A stretch of 64,000 bases of DNA. Origin: an uncultured virus (IMG/VR IMGVR_UViG_3300039191_000526) (Duplodnaviria; Heunggongvirae; Uroviricota; Caudoviricetes). Positions 37,936 through 47,042 of the stretch are shown one piece after another (the stretch's first letter is position 1; each line of letters begins with the position of its first letter). The position numbers were made by a program, and so were the translations under genes. The stretch lies in the IMG/VR virus record IMGVR_UViG_3300039191_000526; one strand, written 5' to 3'. The notes under the pieces are model-generated. The model saw nothing but the letters and a program-made list of their open reading frames with translations. It was not told the DNA's origin and ran no database searches.

Positions 37936-39348
37936 ATGGTTAAAATTATAATGAGAAATGTAACATCAAAAATTAAAAATGTTCCTAGTAAAAAAGCACT
38001 TCAATTAATAAACAATAAACTATCATATGAAGTAGGTGGATTTGCCTCAAAAAAAGAAACTAAATATTTATTTAATATTAAAAATAAAACAACTTATACT
38101 GGATTAATTCCTCATGTTTTAAGAATATTAAGTAAAATGAATATTAAATATAAAATTATTGATAAAAGGAAAAAGCCTGAATCTAATGCTAATTTTAAAA
38201 TTATTGATCCTTTTAAACCACGAAAATATCAGGCTCCTATCATTAATAGAACTGAATCAAGAGAAATAATTCAAGCAGCTACAGGAGCAGGTAAAACCTA
38301 TATTATGGCAGAATTAGCAGCTAAATTTAATATTAAACCATTATTAATAATTGCTCCTAAAGTATCATTAGTTTTACAAATAAAAAATGAATTTGAAAAA
38401 TTTTTAAATGTTAATAAAATAGGAATTGTTGGTGGTGGACATAATAATATCCAAGATATTACTGTTGCAACACCACAATCAGCTCCTAATGAATTAATTA
38501 AAAAAGCAAAAGGATTATTTTATGATGAATGTCATAATCTTCCTGCAGATTCATTATTTAATATAGCTAAAAATGCTAAAAATGCTTATTATAGAATTGG
38601 TGTTTCAGCTACTCCTTGGAGGGATGGTGATGAAGATATGTTAATTGAATCAGCTTTAAATGTAAGAAAACCTTATTTATCATTAAATGCTTCTAAATTA
38701 ATTAAAATAGGTAAATTAACTCCAGTTGATATTAATTTTATACCTGTAGAGGGAAATTGTAATAAGTGGCAAGGTAATTATCATAAAACTTATAATTGTG
38801 AAATTGTTAATAATAATAAACGTAATAATATAATTACTAATTTAACTAAAAAATTATATAATAATGATAGGTCAACTTTAATTTTAATTCAAAAAATAAA
38901 ACATGGTGAATTATTATTAAATAAAATAAAAGATCAATTAAATGATAATGAAGATACTTTATTTGTTGATAAAAAAGGTAATTTTCATAATGTTAATAAA
39001 GTTGAGTTTATTTCTGGTAAAGATGATTTAGATCGAAGAGAAGCTGTTTTTGAAGCAACTAGAAAAGGATTTTGTAAAATCCTTATAGGATCAACCATTG
39101 CAGATGAAGGGTTAGATATACCTCGATTAGATTCTTTAATCCTAGCTGGTGCAGGTAAAGCATCTACACGAACATTTCAACGAATAGGAAGGGTATTAAG
39201 ATTACATGATAAAAAAGATAAAGCTTTAGTATACGATTTTATTGATTCTTATAAAACTTTTTATAATCAATCAAAATATCGTAAAAAATTATATAAAACT
39301 GAACCAAAATGGAATATTAATATTTTAAAACAAAAAGAAGTATTATAA
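37936..39348 (+). CDS. SF2 DNA helicase (UvsW-like)
   Basis: ATGAGKT, DECH, SATP, EGLDIP, QRIGRVLR; GAGGAGG SD before 37936. Confidence 0.9.
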   Translation: MVKIIMRNVTSKIKNVPSKKALQLINNKLSYEVGGFASKKETKYLFNIKNKTTYTGLIPHVLRILSKMNIKYKIIDKRKKPESNANFKIIDPFKPRKYQAPIINRTESREIIQAATGAGKTYIMAELAAKFNIKPLLIIAPKVSLVLQIKNEFEKFLNVNKIGIVGGGHNNIQDITVATPQSAPNELIKKAKGLFYDECHNLPADSLFNIAKNAKNAYYRIGVSATPWRDGDEDMLIESALNVRKPYLSLNASKLIKIGKLTPVDINFIPVEGNCNKWQGNYHKTYNCEIVNNNKRNNIITNLTKKLYNNDRSTLILIQKIKHGELLLNKIKDQLNDNEDTLFVDKKGNFHNVNKVEFISGKDDLDRREAVFEATRKGFCKILIGSTIADEGLDIPRLDSLILAGAGKASTRTFQRIGRVLRLHDKKDKALVYDFIDSYKTFYNQSKYRKKLYKTEPKWNINILKQKEVL

Positions 39349-39359
39349 GAGGTGATAAT

Positions 39360-39635
39360 ATGGATCATGATTTATGTTATGTTTATCGTAATGATGGTAA
39401 TAAGGATGGATTTTATATAGTAACTAATGGTTATGTATCAACTACTGAAAACGCTTATAAATATTTTAATGTTTCTTTACCAGAATATGAAAAAATATTA
39501 TTAAAATACAATGGAGATAAAAAAATAGTAGGTTATAGGGATGGAGATAAGAGAAATTTATATATGTATTCCTTTAAAAATAGACAAGATGTTGAAAATT
39601 GTTTAGTATTATTAAAATTATTAAAAAAAGAATAA
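39360..39635 (+). CDS. YNG...FKN...LKLL paralog family member
   Basis: One of seven related ORFs 39360-41923. Confidence 0.7.
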   Translation: MDHDLCYVYRNDGNKDGFYIVTNGYVSTTENAYKYFNVSLPEYEKILLKYNGDKKIVGYRDGDKRNLYMYSFKNRQDVENCLVLLKLLKKE

Positions 39636-39656
39636 AGTAAATTTAAAGGAGAGATT

Positions 39657-39917
39657 ATGGTGGAAATTTTATATACTGAAAAACAAGATTATCGTATTGT
39701 ATCTAAAAATCATATTAAAGGAGAAAAATATTATTATCAAGTATTAAGTATAGAAAAAATCTTAAAAAAAATAACTATTGATAATGCAAATAAATTAAGA
39801 AATATTATAAAACAATATAATGGTAAATTATACCGTAGAGAAACAATTATAAGTTTTAAAAATGAAAAAGATGCTGAAAATTTTTTGTTAATACTAAAAT
39901 TATTAAGAAAGAGATGA
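39657..39917 (+). CDS. YNG...FKN...LKLL paralog family member
   Basis: KQYNG...FKNEKDAENFLLILKLL. Confidence 0.7.
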   Translation: MVEILYTEKQDYRIVSKNHIKGEKYYYQVLSIEKILKKITIDNANKLRNIIKQYNGKLYRRETIISFKNEKDAENFLLILKLLRKR

Positions 39918-39921
39918 TAAA

Positions 39922-40161
39922 ATGAATAAAAAAAATAATGTACATTTAAATAAAATTCATATAAAAGAAACAAAACAAACTTTTTGGGAAATTTTTATAT
40001 CTAATAATACCTCTCAAAAAAGATATGATACACAAGTGTTAACATTAATGAGAATAAAAGATAATTATCAACATTATCCTATAAATGAATTTGAAAATAT
40101 GATTTATTTTAAAGATAAAAGTTTAGCTGAAAATATTATAGTTTTATTAAAATTATTATAA
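39922..40161 (+). CDS. Paralog family member
   Basis: IYFKDKSLAENIIVLLKLL. Confidence 0.65.
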   Translation: MNKKNNVHLNKIHIKETKQTFWEIFISNNTSQKRYDTQVLTLMRIKDNYQHYPINEFENMIYFKDKSLAENIIVLLKLL

Positions 40162-40174
40162 GGGGAAGAAAAAT

Positions 40175-40525
40175 ATGAAATTAACAATGACATTTTTAAA
40201 AAGTAAAAGGAGGAAAAATATGAGATCAACAATGGCATTTTTAAAAAGTAAAGGTGGAGAAAAAACTATTTATCCAAAAGGTTACTTTTGTACTTATGAT
40301 GAAAATAAAATTATTCCTAGTTATTTAAATTTTATATTAAAAATTAATAATATAAAACCATATAAAAAACAAGTAAAACAATTAATTAAACAAAATAATG
40401 GTATTTTTTGTGAAACTAATCAAGCAAATTTTGGTTCTAAAGCTGGTAAAAAACAATACCCTTATTTTAAAACAAAAAAAGATATTGAAAGTTTTATTGT
40501 TAGTTTTAATTTATCTTTTAATTAA
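40175..40525 (+). CDS. Paralog family member with duplicated N-terminal segment (M..TM.FLKSK twice)
   Basis: YFKTKKDIESFIVSFNL. Confidence 0.65.
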   Translation: MKLTMTFLKSKRRKNMRSTMAFLKSKGGEKTIYPKGYFCTYDENKIIPSYLNFILKINNIKPYKKQVKQLIKQNNGIFCETNQANFGSKAGKKQYPYFKTKKDIESFIVSFNLSFN

Positions 40526-40548
40526 ATTTTAAAAAGGTGGTGTAAAAT

Positions 40549-40803
40549 ATTAAACTCTCTTATAAACATGAAGATGAATTATTAGTTCCTGGATATTATA
40601 TAACTATTGATGGAACCCCTTTGTTTCCTGATATTGCTTCAAGTTGCTTTAAAATATCATCATCAGATAAATATAAAAAAATATTACTTAATAATGGAGG
40701 GAAAAAATTTCATGCTGGTGCAGGTAATGAACATATTTATTTTACAAATAAAAAAGACATTGAACAAGTTTTAATTATATTAAAATTATTAAAAAAGGAA
40801 TAA
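40549..40803 (+). CDS. Paralog family member, probable ATT start
   Basis: Frame open back to TAA at 40543; IKLSY...GYYITIDG aligns with the next gene. Confidence 0.6.
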   Translation: MKLSYKHEDELLVPGYYITIDGTPLFPDIASSCFKISSSDKYKKILLNNGGKKFHAGAGNEHIYFTNKKDIEQVLIILKLLKKE

Positions 40804-40830
40804 AAATAATATTGTTTTTTTAAAAAAATA

Positions 40831-40859
40831 TTTACATTTAATTAAAAGTATATTATAAT
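40831..40859 (+). promoter_or_regulatory. Sigma-A-like promoter
   Basis: TTTACA-17 nt-TATAAT. Confidence 0.7.
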
Positions 40860-40864
40860 ATTAA

Positions 40865-41155
40865 ATGAAAGGGGAGGTAGATAATATTAAAATTTCTTAT
40901 AATTGTGAGGATCAAAGATCAATTGAAGGATATTATATAACTATTAATGGGACACGATTATATTCTAATATTGCTCCAAATTGCTTTAAAATATCACAAC
41001 AAGAATATAAGAATATGTTACTTAAGCATGGAGGTAAAGAATATAATGTTAGTAGGGGACATAAACAAATTTATTTTAAAAATAAAAAAGATGCTAAAAA
41101 AATTGTAATGGTATTAAATTTATTAAAAAGAAACAGACCTAGCTTAAATGCTTAG
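40865..41155 (+). CDS. Paralog family member; ATT at 40886 may be the true start
   Basis: GGGGAGGT SD lies inside the ORF-track 5' end, 7 nt before ATT. Confidence 0.65.
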   Translation: MKGEVDNIKISYNCEDQRSIEGYYITINGTRLYSNIAPNCFKISQQEYKNMLLKHGGKEYNVSRGHKQIYFKNKKDAKKIVMVLNLLKRNRPSLNA

Positions 41156-41166
41156 GTCTGTTTTTT
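41130..41166. terminator. Bidirectional intrinsic terminator
   Basis: AAACAGACCTA ... TAGGTCTGTTT. Confidence 0.7.
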
Positions 41167-41532
41167 ATATGTTCTTTTTTCCGGAATTACTCCTCGTACT
41201 CCACCTTCAGGATTATCCATATCTCCTTTATATCTAGGAATTATATGTATGTGTAAATGCATTACAGTTTGCCCTGCTACCTTTCCATCATTAATACCTA
41301 TATTAAACCCATCAGGATTGTATTTAAATCTTAGAACACTTTTACATTCTTCTAACATTGATTGTAAATATTGTAGTTCATAACTAGATAAATTAAAATA
41401 ACTTTCAGTATGTCTTTTAGGAATAATTAGCATATGCCCTTTGGAAACTGGATATTTATCATATATTGCAAAAAATGCTTCATTTTCTAAAATTTTATTA
41501 TCATAATTACAAAAAACACAATCTTTTTTCAT
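41152..41532 (-). CDS. HIT-family nucleotide hydrolase
   Basis: CVFC, D.YPVS.GH.LIIPKRH, AGQTVMHLHIHIIPR. Confidence 0.93.
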   Translation of the reverse strand: MKKDCVFCNYDNKILENEAFFAIYDKYPVSKGHMLIIPKRHTESYFNLSSYELQYLQSMLEECKSVLRFKYNPDGFNIGINDGKVAGQTVMHLHIHIIPRYKGDMDNPEGGVRGVIPEKRTYKKQT

Positions 41533-41558
41533 TATATCACTCCTTTTTTAAAAATGTA

Positions 41559-41587
41559 TTTACATATATTCAATAATATGTTATAAT
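41559..41587 (+). promoter_or_regulatory. Sigma-A-like promoter
   Basis: TTTACA-17 nt-TATAAT. Confidence 0.7.
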
Positions 41588-41620
41588 ATAATTATAATAA
41601 ATTAAATAGGAGGTTTTTAT

Positions 41621-41923
41621 ATGCCAATTAAAGATACTTTTAATGTTTATGGTGAATCTATTCATAATTTTAATGTAATGGAATTTAATAATAGTGATGA
41701 CCTTTTTGGTGTTGAAAATATTGAGGGTAAAGGTAAACATTATAGAATAATTAAACAAAATTCCCACGGTGATGTTTTACCAACTCAAAAAGATGAGTTT
41801 AAAGATTTCCCAAAAAAATTTAATGTTAAAATTGATCAAAAGGGTTATTGTTATTTTAACACTAAACAAGAAGCTGAAAAAATTTTACCATCTCTTAAAA
41901 CATTATATAAATTAACAAAATAA
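41621..41923 (+). CDS. Paralog-family-like protein (YFNTKQEAEKIL...YKL)
   Basis: AGGAGG SD, own promoter and terminator. Confidence 0.7.
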   Translation: MPIKDTFNVYGESIHNFNVMEFNNSDDLFGVENIEGKGKHYRIIKQNSHGDVLPTQKDEFKDFPKKFNVKIDQKGYCYFNTKQEAEKILPSLKTLYKLTK

Positions 41924-41942
41924 GAAAAGTAGGGATAATTCC

Positions 41943-42089
41943 CTACTTTTTATTTTTTTCTTTTTTAAAAACATGTAATTCATCACATTCTACACAACAT
42001 TTATGTTCAACATTAGTATATCTTCCATCATTACCAAAATAAACTTTATATAATTTTTTACCACATTTTTTACATTTTTCTTTATTCAT
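41943..42089 (-). CDS. Small zinc-ribbon protein
   Basis: CKKCG...CVEC. Confidence 0.55.
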   Translation of the reverse strand: MNKEKCKKCGKKLYKVYFGNDGRYTNVEHKCCVECDELHVFKKEKNKK

Positions 42090-42462
42090 TATTACCTTGA
42101 TCCTCCTTAGATTTACCCTTATCGCCCTTATTATCTTGTGTGGTATTATTTTGGGTTTTAGGTGGTTCCTCTTTGTTATTATCTTCTTCAATTATATAGT
42201 CTACCTTAACAACTTTTTTAGCAATTACTAATCCTTTTTCTTCATTATAAATTAATTCATGTTCATCTGAAACATTAGAAATAATAGAATTAAAAATTGT
42301 AAATAATTCACTTACAAACTCACTTCTATCACCTTTTAAATTAGTAATCTTTAATTGTCTTACTACATTTTCATCATTATCTTCTTCAATATTAACATCC
42401 ACTTCAAAAGATTCATTAAAACTATCTAATAAGTTTTTTATTTTCTTAAGTGTATTATTCAT
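42082..42462 (-). CDS. Hypothetical acidic protein
   Basis: AGGAG SD. Confidence 0.6.
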   Translation of the reverse strand: MNNTLKKIKNLLDSFNESFEVDVNIEEDNDENVVRQLKITNLKGDRSEFVSELFTIFNSIISNVSDEHELIYNEEKGLVIAKKVVKVDYIIEEDNNKEEPPKTQNNTTQDNKGDKGKSKEDQGNNE

Positions 42463-42549
42463 TTTTTCAACTCCTACTTAAGTAGTATATTATTGTTCTA
42501 TAATTATAATATTATAAAATAACTATTTTTTTAACTATATTTTTTAAAA

Positions 42550-42897
42550 TTATCCTCCTATTAAAACATTAGGACTATATGTTTTAAATTGAAGCATAGG
42601 TCCTGCGTGTGATAAATCTTGATCTTTTTTTCTACCTGCTGGCTTACCCTCAATAAAAACTGAAGAACTACCAGCAGGAATTTGCCCTGGCCTTCCACCA
42701 CAACATAAATCTTTTTCATCAACTGGGTCTCCCATTCTAGCAGCAGGTTTTCCATTAATAAAAACAGAATTAGCTGCAGCGGATATTTTACCAGTAACTG
42801 TTACAACTGGATGGACTGGTGATGGTGTAAAATGTCCAGCATGTTCTGGTACGGTACCTTGTGCAATATCATTTAATCTTAATGCATTTTTACTCAT
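42550..42897 (-). CDS. PAAR-domain protein (tail spike tip, T4 gp5.4-like)
   Basis: VFINGKPAARMGD, GSSSVFIEGKPAGR, SPNVLIGG. Confidence 0.9.
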   Translation of the reverse strand: MSKNALRLNDIAQGTVPEHAGHFTPSPVHPVVTVTGKISAAANSVFINGKPAARMGDPVDEKDLCCGGRPGQIPAGSSSVFIEGKPAGRKKDQDLSHAGPMLQFKTYSPNVLIGG

Positions 42898-42978
42898 ATT
42901 AACACCTCTTTATAATCCTTTTATTATAATATAAAACCACCTTTTATAATAATAACTATAAAAGGTGGTTAATAATCT

Positions 42979-43116
42979 TTATTGTTCTAATTGTTTATCA
43001 AAAGTAACTCTATCTTTCCATTCTTCAGATTTACCAGGGTTCCAATTATTGACATTAGTATAAAACCCCACAACTCTACTATAAATCTCACATTCAGTTC
43101 TTTCATTATTTTTCAT
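42979..43116 (-). CDS. nrdD: 45-aa stand-alone glycyl-radical loop of class III ribonucleotide reductase (NrdD C-terminal piece)
   Basis: Hand translation MKNNERTECEIYSRVVGFYTNVNNWNPGKSEEWKDRVTF; GGAGG SD; not in ORF track. Confidence 0.9.
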   Translation of the reverse strand: MKNNERTECEIYSRVVGFYTNVNNWNPGKSEEWKDRVTFDKQLEQ

Positions 43117-43143
43117 TATTAATCAGCCTCCATATATTTATTG

Positions 43144-43833
43144 TTAATTTCTAATTTGAACATTAGAAATATATTTATTAGCAATTTTTTTAAACTCTTT
43201 TAATTTTTTTTCGGGAAAACTATTAATATTTAATAAATCCTTATCTAAGGTGTTTTGAGGTTTGAAATTTTGAATATAATATTGTTTAGATCCTTTTATT
43301 AATTTAACTATTTTTTCTATATCTTTATTATTATGAAAATTTGGAACTACTGTTGTTCTAAATTCATAATCTATATTATTATTTTGTATTATTTTTATAG
43401 ATTTTTTTATTTGATTAATATATTTATTACTCCCTGTAAGGCACTCTTGATTACTAGAATGGGCTTTTAAGTCCATTGCAATATAATCAATAAGTTGATC
43501 TTTTAACAGTTCCTGAATGACCTCTGGGTTGGTTCCATTGGTATCTAATTTAATTTTTAATCCCATATTTTTTAGTGTTATTATAAAATTTTTTAAATTA
43601 GATTGTAAAGTAGGTTCTCCCCCTGTGATACAAACTCCATCTAAAACTTTTTTTCTACCTTCAAGAAAATTTAAAATTTGATCTATATTAATTCCTTCAT
43701 TATCATTATTATTAATTAACTCACTATTATGACAATATGGACAATTTAAATTGCACCCAGAGGTAAATAATGTTGTAACAATATGTTCAGGATAATCAAT
43801 CATTGACGTTTTAACAATACCAGAGATTTTCAT
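43144..43833 (-). CDS. nrdG: Anaerobic RNR activating enzyme (radical SAM)
   Basis: SMIDYP, GCNLNCPYCHN, TGGEPTL, KLDTNG, YEFRTT. Confidence 0.93.
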   Translation of the reverse strand: MKISGIVKTSMIDYPEHIVTTLFTSGCNLNCPYCHNSELINNNDNEGINIDQILNFLEGRKKVLDGVCITGGEPTLQSNLKNFIITLKNMGLKIKLDTNGTNPEVIQELLKDQLIDYIAMDLKAHSSNQECLTGSNKYINQIKKSIKIIQNNNIDYEFRTTVVPNFHNNKDIEKIVKLIKGSKQYYIQNFKPQNTLDKDLLNINSFPEKKLKEFKKIANKYISNVQIRN

Positions 43834-44144
43834 TATAAATCACTCTCTTCAGAGTTACAATATAATACATAATTTTTATCTTCGCAATCTGAAATCATTT
43901 TTTTAATAATTTGAACATATTGTTTAATTCTTTTTCTACCATACATTCGCCATTCATAAAAAAAATTATCTTCATCACTTTTTAAAAACTTATTTAATTC
44001 TTCTTTCCAATTGTATAATTCATCTTTATCAGCTAAAAATACTTTTCTTTTTATATCATGAATAATATATTGTAATAATTCATAATCTTTTATATTTAAA
44101 TGACTTTTTTTATAGTTAATTTGTTTAATTTTATTTAATTTCAT
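43833..44144 (-). CDS. Hypothetical protein between nrdD and nrdG
   Basis: AAGGAGG SD. Confidence 0.6.
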   Translation of the reverse strand: MKLNKIKQINYKKSHLNIKDYELLQYIIHDIKRKVFLADKDELYNWKEELNKFLKSDEDNFFYEWRMYGRKRIKQYVQIIKKMISDCEDKNYVLYCNSEESDL

Positions 44145-44201
44145 AATATCCTCCTTAGTTTAAAATAAGGAGGGAATAATCCCCCTCCATTATATACTTA
44201 T

Positions 44202-46226
44202 TTATTCTTCAGAATAATTACTTTCTGCATCACATTTTGGACAATATTCATGAGCTCCAGGTAAATAACCATGAGTTGGACAAACAGAAAATGTTGGTGT
44301 GATTGAATAATAAGGTAACTCATAATTATCAGCAATTCTCTTTACTAATTTTTTAGTGGATTCAATAGATGGCATTTTTTCACCTAAAAATCCATGTAAA
44401 ACTGTTCCACCAGTATATCTCTTTTGAAGATCATCTTGTAAATCTAATGCTTCAAAAATATCATTAGTACATCCAACTGGCAATTGAGTGGAATTAGTAT
44501 AATAAGGTTCTACATCATCTGAAATTACCCTATCTTGATTTGCAAAAATAATATCTGTACCAAATTCTTCTTTGTCTAATTTTGCAAATCGATATGTTGT
44601 TCCTTCTCCTGGAGTTGCTTCTAGATTATAAATATTACCTGTTTCTTCTTGGTATTCTTGTAATCTATCTCTCATTACATCCATTAATTTAATTGCAAAT
44701 TCTTTACCTTTAGAAGTAGCAATATCTTTCCCCATAAAGTTTAATAAAGCTTCATTTACTCCTAAAAGACCAATAGTATTAAAATGGTTTTTCCAATATT
44801 GGTCAAATCTTTGTTTTACAGATCTTAAATAAAATTTACTATATGGATACAATCCACCTTCAGTTAATTTTTCTAATAATTCCCGTTTAATTTCTAAACT
44901 TTCTTTAGCTAAATCCATTAATTCTAATACTTTATCAATAAATTCTTCTTTAGTTTCAGCTTGATAACCAATTCGTGGCATATTAACTGTTACTACTCCA
45001 ATACTACCAGTCATAGGATTTGACCCAAATAGTCCTCCACCTTTTTTACGTAACTCTCTATTATCTAATCTCAATCTACAACACATTGATCTTACATCAG
45101 ATGGATCCATATCAGAATTAACAAAATTTGAGAAATATGGTGTTCCATATTTTGCTGTCATTTTCCAAATTGGATCTAATAATTCATTTTCCCAATCAAA
45201 ATCAGGAGTTATATTATAAGTTGGAATTGGAAATGAAAAGATTCTTCCTTTTTTATCCCCTTCTAACATAACTTCAGCAAAAGCTTTATTTACCATATCA
45301 ACTTCATCTTGAAATTCTTTATATGTTCTTTCTTTTGGTTCTCCACCAATAATAACTGGTTCATCTGCTAAAATATCAGGAACTTTTAAATCCATTGTAA
45401 TATTAGTAAATGGAGTTTGAAAACCGACCCTTGTTGGAACATTTAAATTAAATATAAACTCTTGCATTGCTTGTTTTACTTCTTCATATTCTAAATTATC
45501 ATATGCAATAAAAGGAGCTAATAATGTATCAAAATTTGATACGGCTTGTGCACCTGCTGCTTCCCCTTGTAATGTATAAAAGAAATTAACTAATTGTAAT
45601 AATGCAGTACCAAAGTGCTTAGGAGCACCACTTTCAACTTTTCTTTCTACACCACTAAATCCATTTAATAAAATATCCTTTAAATCCCATCCACAACAAT
45701 AAACTGAAAGATTACCTAAATCGTGAATATGTAGGTCACCTGATACATGTTTTTCACGGATATTTTGTGGATATACTTTTTGTAACCAATATTGTGATGT
45801 TACTTCAGAAGCAATATGGTTATTTAACCCTTGTAAAGAATACCCCATATTAGAATTTTCTTTTATTTTCCAATCTAAATTATTAACATATTTATCAATC
45901 GTATTTATAGAATCTTCAAATATTTTTTTTGTATTTCTCATATTTTTATGTTGTTCTCTATATAAAATATATGATTTAGCAACTTGTTGATAATTTTTCA
46001 TTAAATAAAATTCAACAATATCCTGTACTTGTTCAACTGAAATTATTTCTTTTTTATCATAATAGTCTTCTAAATCTGATATAACTAAATCTGTAATTGC
46101 TTTACCAATGTTATTTGGATTATCCTTATTAGTTGCCACCGCAGCTTTAGTAATTGCTTGTTTAATTTTTTGTTCATTAAATTCTACTTCTCTTCCATCA
46201 CGTTTTTTTATTTTTTCTATTGTCAT
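44202..46226 (-). CDS. nrdD: Anaerobic ribonucleoside-triphosphate reductase with ATP-cone, ending before the glycyl-radical loop
   Basis: KKRDGR cone, HIHDL, YCCGW, FPIPT, RSMCCRL, EATPGE, YTGGT, ends CPTHG...CPKC. Confidence 0.95.
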   Translation of the reverse strand: MTIEKIKKRDGREVEFNEQKIKQAITKAAVATNKDNPNNIGKAITDLVISDLEDYYDKKEIISVEQVQDIVEFYLMKNYQQVAKSYILYREQHKNMRNTKKIFEDSINTIDKYVNNLDWKIKENSNMGYSLQGLNNHIASEVTSQYWLQKVYPQNIREKHVSGDLHIHDLGNLSVYCCGWDLKDILLNGFSGVERKVESGAPKHFGTALLQLVNFFYTLQGEAAGAQAVSNFDTLLAPFIAYDNLEYEEVKQAMQEFIFNLNVPTRVGFQTPFTNITMDLKVPDILADEPVIIGGEPKERTYKEFQDEVDMVNKAFAEVMLEGDKKGRIFSFPIPTYNITPDFDWENELLDPIWKMTAKYGTPYFSNFVNSDMDPSDVRSMCCRLRLDNRELRKKGGGLFGSNPMTGSIGVVTVNMPRIGYQAETKEEFIDKVLELMDLAKESLEIKRELLEKLTEGGLYPYSKFYLRSVKQRFDQYWKNHFNTIGLLGVNEALLNFMGKDIATSKGKEFAIKLMDVMRDRLQEYQEETGNIYNLEATPGEGTTYRFAKLDKEEFGTDIIFANQDRVISDDVEPYYTNSTQLPVGCTNDIFEALDLQDDLQKRYTGGTVLHGFLGEKMPSIESTKKLVKRIADNYELPYYSITPTFSVCPTHGYLPGAHEYCPKCDAESNYSEE

Positions 46227-46229
46227 TAA

Positions 46230-46970
46230 TTAGTCCTCCTTAAAAGTAATTTTATCAAAAGGTTTTATTGTTTTTATATTATTATTAAATAAAATTTCTT
46301 TAAAATTATTAACATTTTTTTGATAATGCATTAAGTAAATCTTCTGTTTAATATTATTAGGTAATTCTAATATTAAAGGTAAAGGTGCATGAACAAAATC
46401 ATTATAATCATCTGATGTGTCATCTAATAATTGAACATCATGAAAGATGTAATCTATATCATCTATATTATATTGTTTCCAGTCAATAAATCTGGTATCA
46501 GCAGTGTAAATAAAATTATTGGAACGAATCATATAACTTGGTTTATTATTAATATGTTTTGTAGGATATTGAATAAACTTTTTATTTGATATTTTAAATG
46601 ATTTATTTATTTCATAAATATTAAAATATTCATAAAGATCATATTGCTCACCATCAGGTTTCATTGTATGGCTTAAATATTGTATTAAACCATCAACTAT
46701 ATTTTCACTAACAATTAAATTTGTTTTTTTATTATATAAATATTTATTTTTAAATCCAATTTCTTCTAAACCATTTATATGATCACCATGTAAATGTGAA
46801 ATCCAAATATTATCTAAATCTTTTAAATCAATAATTTTTGATAATTGATTAGGTACATCATACCCACAATCTAATAAAAGATTTGTCCCATTAAATTCAA
46901 GTAAGGCTGATGTATTTTTATGTTTATGATTAAAAGCACTACCTGTACCAACAAAAGTAATTTTACTCAT
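46230..46970 (-). CDS. MBL-fold metallo-hydrolase, Apyc1 (anti-Pycsar)-like
   Basis: GTGSAF, LLDCG, SHLHGDHINGLEE, H...KPSY, YTADT, FHD.Q, VHA...L.LP...K.KI.LMHY. Confidence 0.75.
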   Translation of the reverse strand: MSKITFVGTGSAFNHKHKNTSALLEFNGTNLLLDCGYDVPNQLSKIIDLKDLDNIWISHLHGDHINGLEEIGFKNKYLYNKKTNLIVSENIVDGLIQYLSHTMKPDGEQYDLYEYFNIYEINKSFKISNKKFIQYPTKHINNKPSYMIRSNNFIYTADTRFIDWKQYNIDDIDYIFHDVQLLDDTSDDYNDFVHAPLPLILELPNNIKQKIYLMHYQKNVNNFKEILFNNNIKTIKPFDKITFKED

Positions 46971-47042
46971 TTTTATTTATCACCTATTCTTAATTATTTG
47001 CTTGGATTAATTATATATATTTTATCTTTAGGTTTATAACAA

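Noticed and set aside
42550..42897. Type VI secretion locus
   Set aside because: Isolated PAAR with no VgrG, Hcp or Tss genes; stand-alone PAAR genes are normal in myophages.
43833..44144. Intron or homing endonuclease splitting nrdD
   Set aside because: No nuclease motif or group I intron core seen; nrdG lies between the two NrdD parts and the small part has its own SD.
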